A stretch of DNA of 64,000 nucleotides from Harriotta raleighana (Eukaryota). The DNA lies in the NCBI GenBank assembly GCA_050575255.1, contig JBNZDD010013480.1:285516-349515 (forward strand), given 5' to 3'. Each line of letters starts with the position of its first letter. Within the stretch, counting starts at the first letter, position 1. The notes beneath the pieces are model-generated. The model ran no database searches and was not told the DNA's origin. It worked only from the letters and a program-made list of their open reading frames with translations. This document shows, piece by piece, positions 39,095-50,075 of the stretch. A program made the translations under genes and the position numbers.

Positions 39095-39560
39095 TCATAG
39101 AATCATAAAATTATAGAATTATACAGCACAGGAGGAGGCAATGTGGAGTCCTGTTGCTGGGTTCGATTCCCGGCACGCAAAACCTTAGGCAAGTTTCCTT
39201 ATGCCACACGTCTGATAATAATCCCTCACAAAAAAAATAATAAATTGGTGACTTCAATCCACAACTGTTGCAGGACATTGCTGTCCACAATTGGTTTCTG
39301 CATTTCGCTCAAATATATACAGTCAATTCACTTTTTAAAAAACTTTTTAAACCTTTTTTAAAATTATCTTTTCAAACTCTGTGAAGTGCTTCAGATGTCT
39401 AGAAGACGTGAAAAGCATATATTAATTGCACAGATTATTATTATTATTTAGGCCATGGTGTCTGTGACGGCTCTTTTAAAAGAGATATCTAAATCAATCA
39501 CCCTATCCCACTTTCTTCCCTTTGCCCTGCAAAATTGACCTACCCAAATAATTATCTAAG
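39095..39560. mobile_element. Minus-strand CR1 3' end split by a plus-strand SINE (39145-39448)
   Basis: catagaat..acagcacaggaggaggcaat | SINE | aggccatggtgtctgtgacggctctt. The halves rejoin into the CR1 tail seen intact at 53022. Confidence 0.82.
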
Positions 39561-39620
39561 ACCCTGCTCATCTAGTCTATGCCTCTCTCCTTGTGCCTCT
39601 CTCCTCTCTCCACACTTAGC

Positions 39621-39919
39621 TCCTGTGGCTTAGTGGTTAGAGCACTTGCCTTACAAGCATGAGACCTGTGTTCGAATCCAGGCAGATCAGGGCGAAACCT
39701 TGGGCAAGTTTCCTTACTCCACATGCCTAATAATAATCCCTCCAAAAAAACCACAATAATAAAATCTATGACTGTTTGTGGGACAATCCTATGCGCAATT
39801 GGCTGCCGCATTCCACCTACAAATATGCAGTCAATTCACTTTACAGTATATTCTGTGAAGCGCTTTGGGACGTCGATAAGATGTGAAAGCGCTATATCAA
39901 ATGCAAGAATTATTATTAT
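39621..39919 (+). mobile_element. Full-length tRNA-derived SINE
   Basis: tggcttagtggttagagc (A box), gttcgaatcc (B box), tail gtgaagcgctttgggacgtcgataagatgtgaaagcgctatatcaaatgcaagaattattatt. Confidence 0.94.
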
Positions 39920-41534
39920 AAAGAGAATCGGGTGCTCGAAGAGAAGGCATAAAAGTTGCAGGAAGATATCAGAAGAATGGATTGGATAAGTTGACTCATA
40001 TGGAAAAAAACACTGGTGCTGGTTTAGACTGAATGACAATTAATATTCAATGACAACTTCAAAGTAAGATTAAGAATAATCCTTATGTTTGGTTACACTT
40101 GATACAGTATAAGATTATTGAGTGAGAGTTTGTGCTTCACAAACAGAATCCAGGTACTGTACTGTATATTACAGACAAAGTATTAGCAGCTGAAAGCGAT
40201 CTGATTGAGGTATTTAAATAGATGAAGAACTGAGAGTGATGTTCATCTTGTTTCATCAGATGTAACCAATGTTAAAAATGCATAGCACATCGATCAGCAA
40301 CTCTAAGCAGAGCCAGGTTAATGGATTAGAGGTGAGCATTCAACAAAGGTAAATTACCATAAAATTGGTCATTGACTTCATAGCTACTTGCAGGACATTG
40401 CTGTGTGCAAATTAGCTACTGGGATCCTCTATAAACACAGTCACACACTTTACAGTAAATCTTGTGAAGGAAATGAATGGCTTCCCATAGCAGTTGTAAA
40501 TTCACGGCCCATTTTCCCATTATTTGCATTTGTCACAAATGCTTTTAAAGTTTTATTTTTTCAATTTACTCCAGAATGTTTGTTAGCATTTGTGGCATGA
40601 AGTAACTGACTGTTTTGTTTGTCTAAAAAAATCATTGCTGCATTAGAAATGGAGATGATGTACTGCACGATACACTATGTGCGTGGTGCTTATCGAAATT
40701 TCCTGTGACTCTGCTTATCAATTCTTTTGCAAAGGAAGCAGCATTTATTTTGTGAAAAAGTCCACTTAGTGAGTCCTTCACAGAGCTGTTCTGTCAGGAA
40801 AGGGAACAAATTGAGGCAACGCTGCCTGTGCGAGAGGGGCAGGGACAAGAGAAATTGAGTGTGTCTTGATTTTCTCACACACCTCCTAGTGGCCTGGTTA
40901 AGACCTGGGTGCATATCAATTCCACATCCTCTCAGCCCGGGAGTGTGTGCGTTATCTGTGTCAGAGAGAGAATCAAATAAAAAATAAAGCTAAATGATAA
41001 TAGTTCCATTATTATGATGTGTAGATGATGTGTTACAAGGCCATATGACAATCAAAGACCTGTCAAGTCTTGCTTTGGTTCACCTGAGCCTTGCTGATTT
41101 TTTGTGACAAAATGTAACCTTATTTTGTGATTTAACAGAAAAAATATCAACATGGTTCCGTTCATTTCAATAGAATTGCAATCCGTCTCTGTGCTTTCCT
41201 GCGTGTCTGCGGTGGGCAATGGAGTGACCTGGGCACGTATGTAATCAAGCGGGTTCAGATGGTATCATAGACCACCCGAGCAATGCTGTGCAATGGATTA
41301 TCATATCAATTCCAAGATTCCCATCATTGCATTATAGCCGCCTTGTAGAACTGAAACCAATCTATTGTAGTAATATAATAATCCAGTAATAATCTTTCAT
41401 TTAATATAGCGTCTTATTGTGTCATCAAAAATTTTCAAAGTGTTTTGTAGGATTTATCATAAAATGTAGTGATTCACTACACTTTATAGAAATTTACATG
41501 ATTTACTATAAATTGTAATCGAGTTCGAGATTCT

Positions 41535-41860
41535 CATGCATCAGCTTTTCTGCCCGGTCTGAAACTTCATCCTGGAGTCCCTTTACCTGGCCCCTTCCCT
41601 CACCTCCTTCAAGGTACATCTCAAGACCTTCCACTTTGACTGCTCCTTTGATCATCATCCCCAGCCCCTTTGGCACCCACCTTCTCGAATTCAACCCCCA
41701 ACTCAGGTGCAAACCCTTGAGGTGAAGAATGTATCTATGAAATGTGATGCTGCCAGCACCCGAGGCCGTAATGGGCACCAAGCATGAGGGCCTCGGTCTT
41801 GTTAACATACAACTGGAGAAAGTTAGCTCTCATCCAGGATTTGATATCTAACAGACATCC
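41535..41860. mobile_element. Two L2 fragments in opposite orientation (+ 41535-41725; - 41740-41860)
   Basis: The plus part matches the L2 3'UTR; the minus ORF reads CLLDIKSWMRANFLQLYVNKTEALMLG. Confidence 0.75.
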
Positions 41861-42129
41861 TCTTCGTATCAGTGCAATTGGGAAGTTCTTAGTGCAATTT
41901 ACAGGCTTACAGAACACTGACTATGTTTCAAAGTAACTCACAGAGGGGCTGGAGTCCTCATGTTTTGCTAAAATTGTTTTGTGATTTGCCAAAGTAATGA
42001 CTTAGCTGGGGACGTATTGTCTGGAGCAAAGGAGACTATGGGTGGTTTTATGGTGGGGTTCATTTATTTATTTTGGTTAGCCATGTGGAAACCCATTTCC
42101 ACATAGTATCCTACAAACAGCAAATTCCA

Positions 42130-42400
42130 AGCAACAACTACAATAACTTGGATTTATATAGCACACTCCACACCGGACAGCGTCTCAAAGCACTTCAAAA
42201 TAACGGATCCTGGGGCCGAGCCAGAGGGAGGGGAACAAAGGTGGCCAAAAGTGCGGTCGAAAATAAAGGTCTTCAGACCTGAAAATGGGAAAAGAGGGTC
42301 GATGTGAAGGGAGTGAAGAAGGGAGTTCTAGAGCCTCGGGGCATAGTAGCTGAAGGCATGGCCACAGACGGTGGAACAGAAGATTCGGGGGACAAGGAGT
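42130..42400 (-). mobile_element. L2 3' fragment
   Basis: caacaactacaataacttggatttatatagcac..cgtctcaaagcacttc followed by purine-rich antisense 3'UTR. Confidence 0.7.
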
Positions 42401-42406
42401 TTAGTC

Positions 42407-42580
42407 AGGTAAAACCAAAATAGTTTGCGTTCCATCTACACATGGAAATTCAAGATATTAGATTGTTGGACTGGAATACACACTATCTTCCTGAAGGGAC
42501 GCATCCCGCTCAACTAATTCCGGAAAGTATTAGGCGCACGTTGACAAGAGCCAAGGTTTTGGGACTTCAGGGTGTGAGTT
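42407..42580 (+). repeat. Unclassified interspersed repeat, copy 5 of 5 (permuted)
   Basis: agattgttggactggaatacacactatcttcctgaagggacgcatcccgctcaactaattccggaaagtattaggcgc, preceded by aggtaaaaccaaaatagtttgc. Confidence 0.75.
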
Positions 42581-42744
42581 GGCATGATTCCCTGCCCACA
42601 GTGACTGTTTTGCCCTTCCAGGTCCTGTTGATAAGATGGCTATGAAAATTATGAAGGGGCATAAATTAACAAGTGGACATAACCCTAAATCAGGGAAAAA
42701 ACAGGCTAAGATCAAATGAGGAAAATGCTTTGTTGCAGAGAATA

Positions 42745-42925
42745 ATCAACATACATAACCAACGTATAACACACACACAATCACACATGCATATCACACA
42801 CACACACGGATACCAAACATATTCACACACACACAACCAATATACCATACAAACTCGCGCACACATAACCAATATACCACACATACTCACACATACAATC
42901 AACATTCAACATACATTCAATCAAC
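42745..42925. repeat. CA-rich low-complexity/degenerate microsatellite
   Basis: acacacaa/catacaa units. Confidence 0.85.
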
Positions 42926-42927
42926 AT

Positions 42928-43221
42928 GGAATCCTGTAGTTCAGTGGTTAGAGCCCTCGCAAGCTGGGTTCAATTCCAGGCAGGGTGAAATCTTAGGAAA
43001 ACTTCCTTACTGCACATGCCTGATAACAATCGCTCAAAAAAAAATTGGTCATTTCCAATCCACAACTGTTCGTGAGACACTGCTGTGAACAATTGGCTGC
43101 CGCAATTTCACCCACATATATGCCATCAATTCATTTTATACTACATTCTGTGAAGCGCTTTAAGGAGTCTAGAATATGTGAAAAGTACTATATCAAATTC
43201 AAGGAGTATTATTATTATTAA
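42928..43221 (+). mobile_element. tRNA-derived SINE
   Basis: gtagttcagtggttagagc..gggttcaattcc..family body and tail. Confidence 0.9.
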
Positions 43222-43594
43222 TAAGAAGAATCTGGAAAGCTTTGCCTAGGAAACCATAGATGAGAAATCGGCTGATACATTTTTTAAAAGAAATGGATAG
43301 ATCTTTCTGGGTGGCAATTCCATGTGAATTTAGATTTACTCTGTATAGCATTTTAGAGCAACCAAATTGTTGAATTCTGCCTCAACTTTGGAGTGCACAG
43401 GGCAAGAAGGAATCTTACCTGCTTAACAACACTGCAGCTTTGGAAAATCAATCACACCATTCCATTGGAAGTGCAACTTCTCACGGTAGCGATTGACTGT
43501 ATGAAAGACAGCAATAGGTAAAAATGAAAGTTCTCCTTGTATTTGAGAGGGAACATGCTTCACGATACAGTCCGAATTTGACACTCTAAAGCTT

Positions 43595-44831
43595 CATGGT
43601 TTCTCCTCTAGCCCCTGCACTGTCACGTGTGGTGTCCTCCAGGGCTCCGTCCTTGGCCCTCTACTTTTCAATATCTACATGCTCCCCCTTGGTGACATAA
43701 TCCACAGACACTGGGCTAACTTCCACATGTATGCGAATGACACACAACTCTATCTTTCTGCCTCTACCACTGCTGACAGATTGCCTGTCAGACATCAAGT
43801 CCTGGATGAGAACTAACTTTCTACAGTTGAACATCAACAAGACCGAGGCCCTCCTGATTGGCTTCACACAACAAGCACCTGCAGCATCCATCTCTGTGGT
43901 TGCACACTTCACCTCACCAAGCCAGTCAGGAACCTCTGTGTCTTGTTCGTTCCTCGACTGTCTTTCCTCCCCCACATCCAAGCCATGACCCATTCTGCCT
44001 TCCCTCACCTCCACAACATTGCTCAAACTCTGTCACTATCTCACCCCACAGGTCATTGAAAACTCATTCATGCCTTCATCACATCTAGGGTCGACTAGCC
44101 AAATGCTCTGCTTGTCGGCTTTCCCAATTCCTCCCTCCATAATAATAATAAATAATAATTCTTGCATTTGATAGTGCGCTTTTCACATCTTATCAACGTC
44201 TCAAAGCACTTCACAGAATGTACTGTAAAGTGAATTGACTGTATATTTGTGGGTGAAATGTGGCAGCCAATTGTGCACAGCATTATCCCACAAACAATCG
44301 TGGATTGAGATTAACAATTTCAGATCATCCAGAACTCTGCGGCCCATGTTCTCTATCCCATCTGTCCTGTTGTCATCTGACTCCATTGGCTCCCCATCAG
44401 TCAGAGGATTCAATTCAAGATCCTGGTCTTCACCTTCAAAGTCCTCCATGGCCTCATGCCCCACTGCCTCTGCAACCTCCTAACCCCCTTCCAACCTGCC
44501 TGCCCCCTCTGCTCAGCAGGCTGAGCCTGCTCCATGTCCCCAACCCACCCACTCCATCATCGGTGGGCGAGAGCCTTCAGCCACTCTGCCCCTAATCTCT
44601 GGAATTGCATCCTGTAGTCCCTCCACCTCGTACCCTACATATCCTCCTTCAAGTCCAAAGCCTCAAAACTCTCCTCTTCGACCGTCCCATTGGCTACCTC
44701 AAATTTTATCCTTTCCCTCCACCCTCACCGATCCCGATTCCAGCTCAGGTCTGAAATACTGACTGACCAGTGTCTTGGGATGTCCTCATGTAGTGAAAGG
44801 CGCTATACAAATGTAATTTTGTTGTTGTTGT
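43595..44831 (+). mobile_element. 5'-truncated L2 LINE interrupted by an antisense SINE (44139-44310)
   Basis: ggtgtcctccagggctccgtccttggccct (GVLQGSVLGP), DCLSDIKSWMRTNFLQLNINKTEALLIG, intact tail gaaaggcgctatacaaatgtaattttgttgttgttg. Confidence 0.93.
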
Positions 44832-45596
44832 TCAAAGTGAACCCTGAATTTATCCATCTGTCCATCAACTGTCTGACTTAATATAATAGTAATCCTTGCA
44901 TTTGATAAAGCACATTTCATGTCTCAAAGTGCTTTCTAAGACTTATTGTTAAGTGTAATGACTGCCTATTTTGTAGGAATTGAGTTGGCAGTCCTACATG
45001 ATGTGATACAGTTGACTCTTCAAACAAACATTTCTGACTTGCAAAGTCAAACATGGCTCACACCATCAAATCTTCAACAGGCAAGGGAGAAGCAACATAC
45101 AATGTTATAGAAAATACAGGACACCCAAATATTTATGTCACAACATATCAGCTGACAAACTCTATTACTAGAAAGAAAACGATGGATTGAAAAACAAAGT
45201 TCTTCTTTAAAGATCTATTGTTTTAATCTTTGTTTTAAAGATTGGTTAAATCTTTAAACCCGTGTTCACTTGCAATCACTACATTTTACAGTTAATTCTG
45301 TTAAGCACTTTGAGATGGCTTCACAGCATGAAATGCACTTTATTCAATGCAAGGATTTTAAAAATTATTATGTTATTATGGTTTAAATAACTCTTAAGAG
45401 GTAATTCTTGAATAGTTGTCGGTGAAGGATCAGTCAGACCAACAACACTACCACTTTACATATGAATCCTTTTCTTAATATATTTGAGCTTCCTAAATAG
45501 CTATTTTTAGCAGGTTGACATTTTGCATTAGAATTATTATCTTATAATAGTAATGGGAACTTGAGTGCAGCAATGATTGTGGATATTATTATTATT

Positions 45597-45912
45597 GAAG
45601 CTCAAAGGTTAGAGCATTCGCCTCACAAGTTAGAGGGACCTGGGTTCAATTCCTGATGCACAAAACCATGGGTAAGTTTCCTTACTCCACGCACCTCATA
45701 ATAATCCTTCCAGAAAAACATAATAATAATATGGTCATTTAATCCACGACTGTTTGTTGGACACTGCTGTGCGCAAATAATTTGGGCGTGTTTCATTGAC
45801 AAATATAGTCAATTCTTTACTGTATATTCCATGAAGAGCTCTGAGATGTCTAGAAGACATGAAAAGAGCTATATCAAATGCAAATATTATTATTATTATT
45901 AATATTATTAGT
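45597..45912 (+). mobile_element. tRNA-derived SINE
   Basis: gctcaaaggttagagc..gggttcaattcc..tail aaatgcaaatattattatt. Confidence 0.88.
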
Positions 45913-45959
45913 ATCATTAACATTATCCAGCCTTCCTGCCCCAACCCAATCACAAGAAA

Positions 45960-48600
45960 AAATCTTCTGTAATTTTCTTACTCTTATTCACACAGTAACA
46001 TCCATCCACTGTGATTGAATTAATAGTCTGTCGGGCTGTAAGAGGCCCATCTCCATTCCCCCTCCCCTCCCAGATTCAAGCACAATTGCACCAAAATAAA
46101 ACCCATTCTACTGGGCAAGAAGGTGCAGCCGAATATTCCCGTTTGTCAAACAGAGTCAATAATTAAATGTAGCTATTGAGGTGCCCATGATGTCCCTGTC
46201 ATTTCAAGCGATGTGGAGCTGAATCAGACTATGATGAAAGCAAATGCAAGTTTTGTTTCTGGAAAATTAAGAAAAACTGCCCTGCGAGAGAGAGAGAGAG
46301 AAAGAGAGAAACGGACTCAAACAGGGAGGCTGTTAAATGAATATTTGTGGCTATGTGTTGAGCAATTACAAACCCCCCAAAAAACAAGCTACTGATACAT
46401 GCACTGACCTTTATTAAACCACCACAAAACCACTTAACCTGCTGGATTGTGCTTCTGAGGACACCTGCTGAAATAGGCTAAACAAATAGCAATTCTTAAC
46501 TCGAGAACACTTGGTTTCTTTCAGGCCAGCTCCCATCTGTTGACACCCCTTTGTCCCAGCTGTGTTCAGCTGCAGGGGCAGTACTAGGCTTTGAGCTGCC
46601 TTTTCTGTGAAGTCCTCTTTAGCATATTTCTCCTTTTTTAATGCCCTGATTTATTCATTGGTTTCACCCCTTCTCCCCTCCTCCCATCCGACGCTTTAGG
46701 AGCGCCTCTTGTCTCCGGCACTTCGAGGGTCATGTCTTTTCAGTCACTCGGACAATACCCAGTGCCTGCATCTGTTTCCAGATCAAATCAAGCATATTGT
46801 GATCACATCCTGCCTGAGAATTGTTCCTCCTTTTGCTAGGCATTGTCGCCAATTTCATGCCATGTATTGCTCCATGTTTTGTGCTTCATGAAGCTGTCAT
46901 GGGTATAAAAGTTGGCTGACCAGGGTCGTAGTCAAAGGGGTGGGAATGAAACATCACCAAATGTTTATCAGGCCACCCACACTATACTGCAGGAATTAAT
47001 TGTGGCCCAGCAGGCTTCATTATGCAGCCTATAGGAGTCAACAGTTTTACAAGGCCAATAAAGCCCTTTCTGTACAATGGAGTTTGAGCAGACAAATGCC
47101 GTGCTCTTTTGCTTGCCCGCTTACTGGGCCTTCACAGTTACTGCCTCTCAGTTACATCTATGATGCTCTAGATTGAGTCTGCTATCTTTTTAATATTGGC
47201 CAAAGTCAAAGCAGTGGTTATGTGGAGGTTATTATTTTTGTTTGGGAAAGGCAGTGGTGGCCTGTGGTATTCTAAAAGCCAGCAGGAAGCCACCAAGTGA
47301 CATGAGACAGCTTTGTCCTGTGTATGTTAAACAATTTCATGGACATCTGTCACGCATAGTTAACTCTGCATTGCGCATTTCAGCTGGCAAGCCTACACCG
47401 GCCCTCACTGATAAAGTACCTGGCAGTCACCAAAGGCGCTGGATAACGAAGCATGAATCATAAAACACACGACTGTGCAGCAATATCCAAGTTCATTCAG
47501 CGCAATGAAGCCATGCGGAGGTCCTTTATCCCTGGCTAATTATCTGGAAAGCTATAAGACAATAAAGCATCTGGTGGGTCTTTCTTCCACATTTCAATTT
47601 TTCTCAATATTGTGAGAGGAAAAGGCATTTTACTCTTCCCTGGGTGGCTGCAGCAGACAAGGGTCAGCAAAGTGCAAATAAATGAATTTATATCTTTCTT
47701 TTCTCTAACTCTCAGTCAATTCCAATCTTATTGTTCAGCGTCACTTCTTCTCCGGGTTTCAGCTTGCTATTCTCACTGTGCTGCTCCTGAATAAATCTTT
47801 GTACTTGTCCATTATACAACACGAACACCCCCCCACCCCACCCTCCACCACCACCCACCCCACACACACACACCTCCTCACCCCAAACACAAATACACAG
47901 AGGTTTCTTCAAGCATGAAAAAAAACATTGCTAACATTTAGTAACTGTTAGGAAGGGAGCGAACTGGAGACAAACACGAGTCTACTCTAGGACAGAGAAT
48001 CTCTGAAACTCCTTCTGTGTACACACTTTAGTGTTACCGATGGCTGACATTGAATTTACATATTCGCACTTTTATTCATCAGTATTGTCTGAACTTTCCA
48101 AAGTGTTTGTGCGTGTGTGTAGGTGTCAGGGTCAAAACACTGCCGTCTTTATGACAATAAAGTGGGTCCCGCTTTGGGCACTACACAATAAGTGCTGAAA
48201 GGGTGGGAAGGATGCGGATTATAAATGGAGATGTTTTATACAAGTTGCTCTATCTCTAGTGAGGGAGTCACAAACTCCCAAACAAACAGAGGCTGGAGTA
48301 GGTTGGACGTAAGAAGGTGGAGGTTGCATCGACTGCATAAAATATGTTATTTTGTGATTTTCGAGCACTTGGCAAACAATCCTGGCAGAACCTAATTACA
48401 TAATAAGCTGCAAAATCACATGGGAACCTCTTCCTTCCTCCCTCTAAATGGAAGAACATAACAGTTGATCTGTAGGAATCACACTCTAATATGATCTTCT
48501 ATGACCAGAGCAAATAATCGCTCAAATCATTAAGGAATCCTGTTAGGAAATACAAGCCATTAGACATTTTAAGTTTTATTGAAAGCACATTATTCATTTT
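45960..48600. promoter_or_regulatory. Candidate enhancer cluster (largest repeat-free island)
   Basis: About 2.6 kb without recognisable TEs; E-box cluster, GLI-like and posterior-Hox-like motifs (see findings). Confidence 0.42.
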
Positions 48601-49690
48601 AGTCTTTGCTTCTCATGAATTATTCTACCCTCCTCTTAGGGCATATTGTTCAGCAGGGATCACTGATTAGGATCAGACCAGGAAACCCTGACTGAAATCG
48701 TCTGTCTAAACCATCTTAGTTTGATGTCAAAAACCTACTGAAACTATTCCTAACTATTAACTCCTGAAACTCATCTATTCCTAACTTTAAGAGAGAAAAA
48801 AACACAAAACCAAGTTGATTCACTTAAATGCTTATATGTATATTTTTAAACAAAAATCCTCTGATTTATTATCTTATTTATTTGGAAACCCAACTATCTA
48901 CAACTACAACAACAACTTGCATTTGTACAGTGTAGCATCTCAAAGCTTAAAACTATGCACCTTGTATAGATATCTTAGAATTTTTTTTTNATCCTCTGAT
49001 TTATTATCTTATTTATTTGGAAACCCAACTATCTACAACTGCAACAACAACTTGCATTTGTACAGTGTAGCTTCTCAAAGCTTAAAACTATGCACCTTGT
49101 ATAGATATCTTAGAATTTTTTTTTAAAAAAATTGAATTTGAAGTACTTCTAAGACCTAGCTTTCAACCATGTTTTCAAATCACCTTTTCCCTAACCCTCC
49201 TGAGTTCCCCCCCGCCCTCCAGCTGGGCTCTCATTGAGCTGCATGAAGTGCTTTGAGACATGCTTACAATTTTGTCAGACATCGTTTGTTAGGCATTGGG
49301 TACACTGTTTTGCACAAATCGGCTGGTGCATTTGCCTGCAAAACACACAGCCACTACACTTTGCAGAATATCCTGTGAAATGCTTTGGGTCATCTTCCTG
49401 ACATGATGCAAGGATTATCATTATTATTGTTATCATCTTTCTTTCTTGTTAAGTAAATAAATGAAAGTAACACATTCAGATACCACAACACTAGGAAAAT
49501 CTTGCATCAGGCCTAGAGAGCATGGATTTTCACACATTATCCCTCAAAACTGGTTTAATAATTAATTAAAAAAGTAAATTATAAGAACATTTCTGACAAC
49601 TAGGAAATAAAATGATCCATTCACTCACAATCTATTTTGAATGCCCCAGAGGAGACAACAGACGTTGGTGGGGTGGATGTGGAGGGGAGG

Positions 49691-50075
49691 AATAATAATC
49701 CTTGCATTTCATATAGCACCTTATTACATCGTTGAGATGTCTCAAAGAGCTTCACAGGATACATATAAAATGTGTATTTTCGGGTGTAAAGGAAAGGGAT
49801 GCTATTAGATCCCAAGCATTCCTTATTTTTCTTGGAAATAATTAGGGAACAGAATGTGTTTAGGGATACTGCAATTTTGAACCCAAGAGCCTCATGCAAC
49901 ACAGTAATCAGTGGCTACAGACAACCTTCTCTGTTTGAAATGTGAGGGAAAAGAAAAAATAATGTAATAATAATCCTTGCATTTGATGTAGTGCCTTATC
50001 ACATCTTCTAGATGTCTCAAAGAGCTTCACAGAATATACTGTAAAGTGAATTGACTGTATGTTTTGTGGGTGAAA
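49691..50075 (-). mobile_element. Two SINE tail fragments (49691-49780, 49960-50075)
   Basis: Both begin aataatccttgcattt..gatgtctcaaagagcttcacag. Confidence 0.85.
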
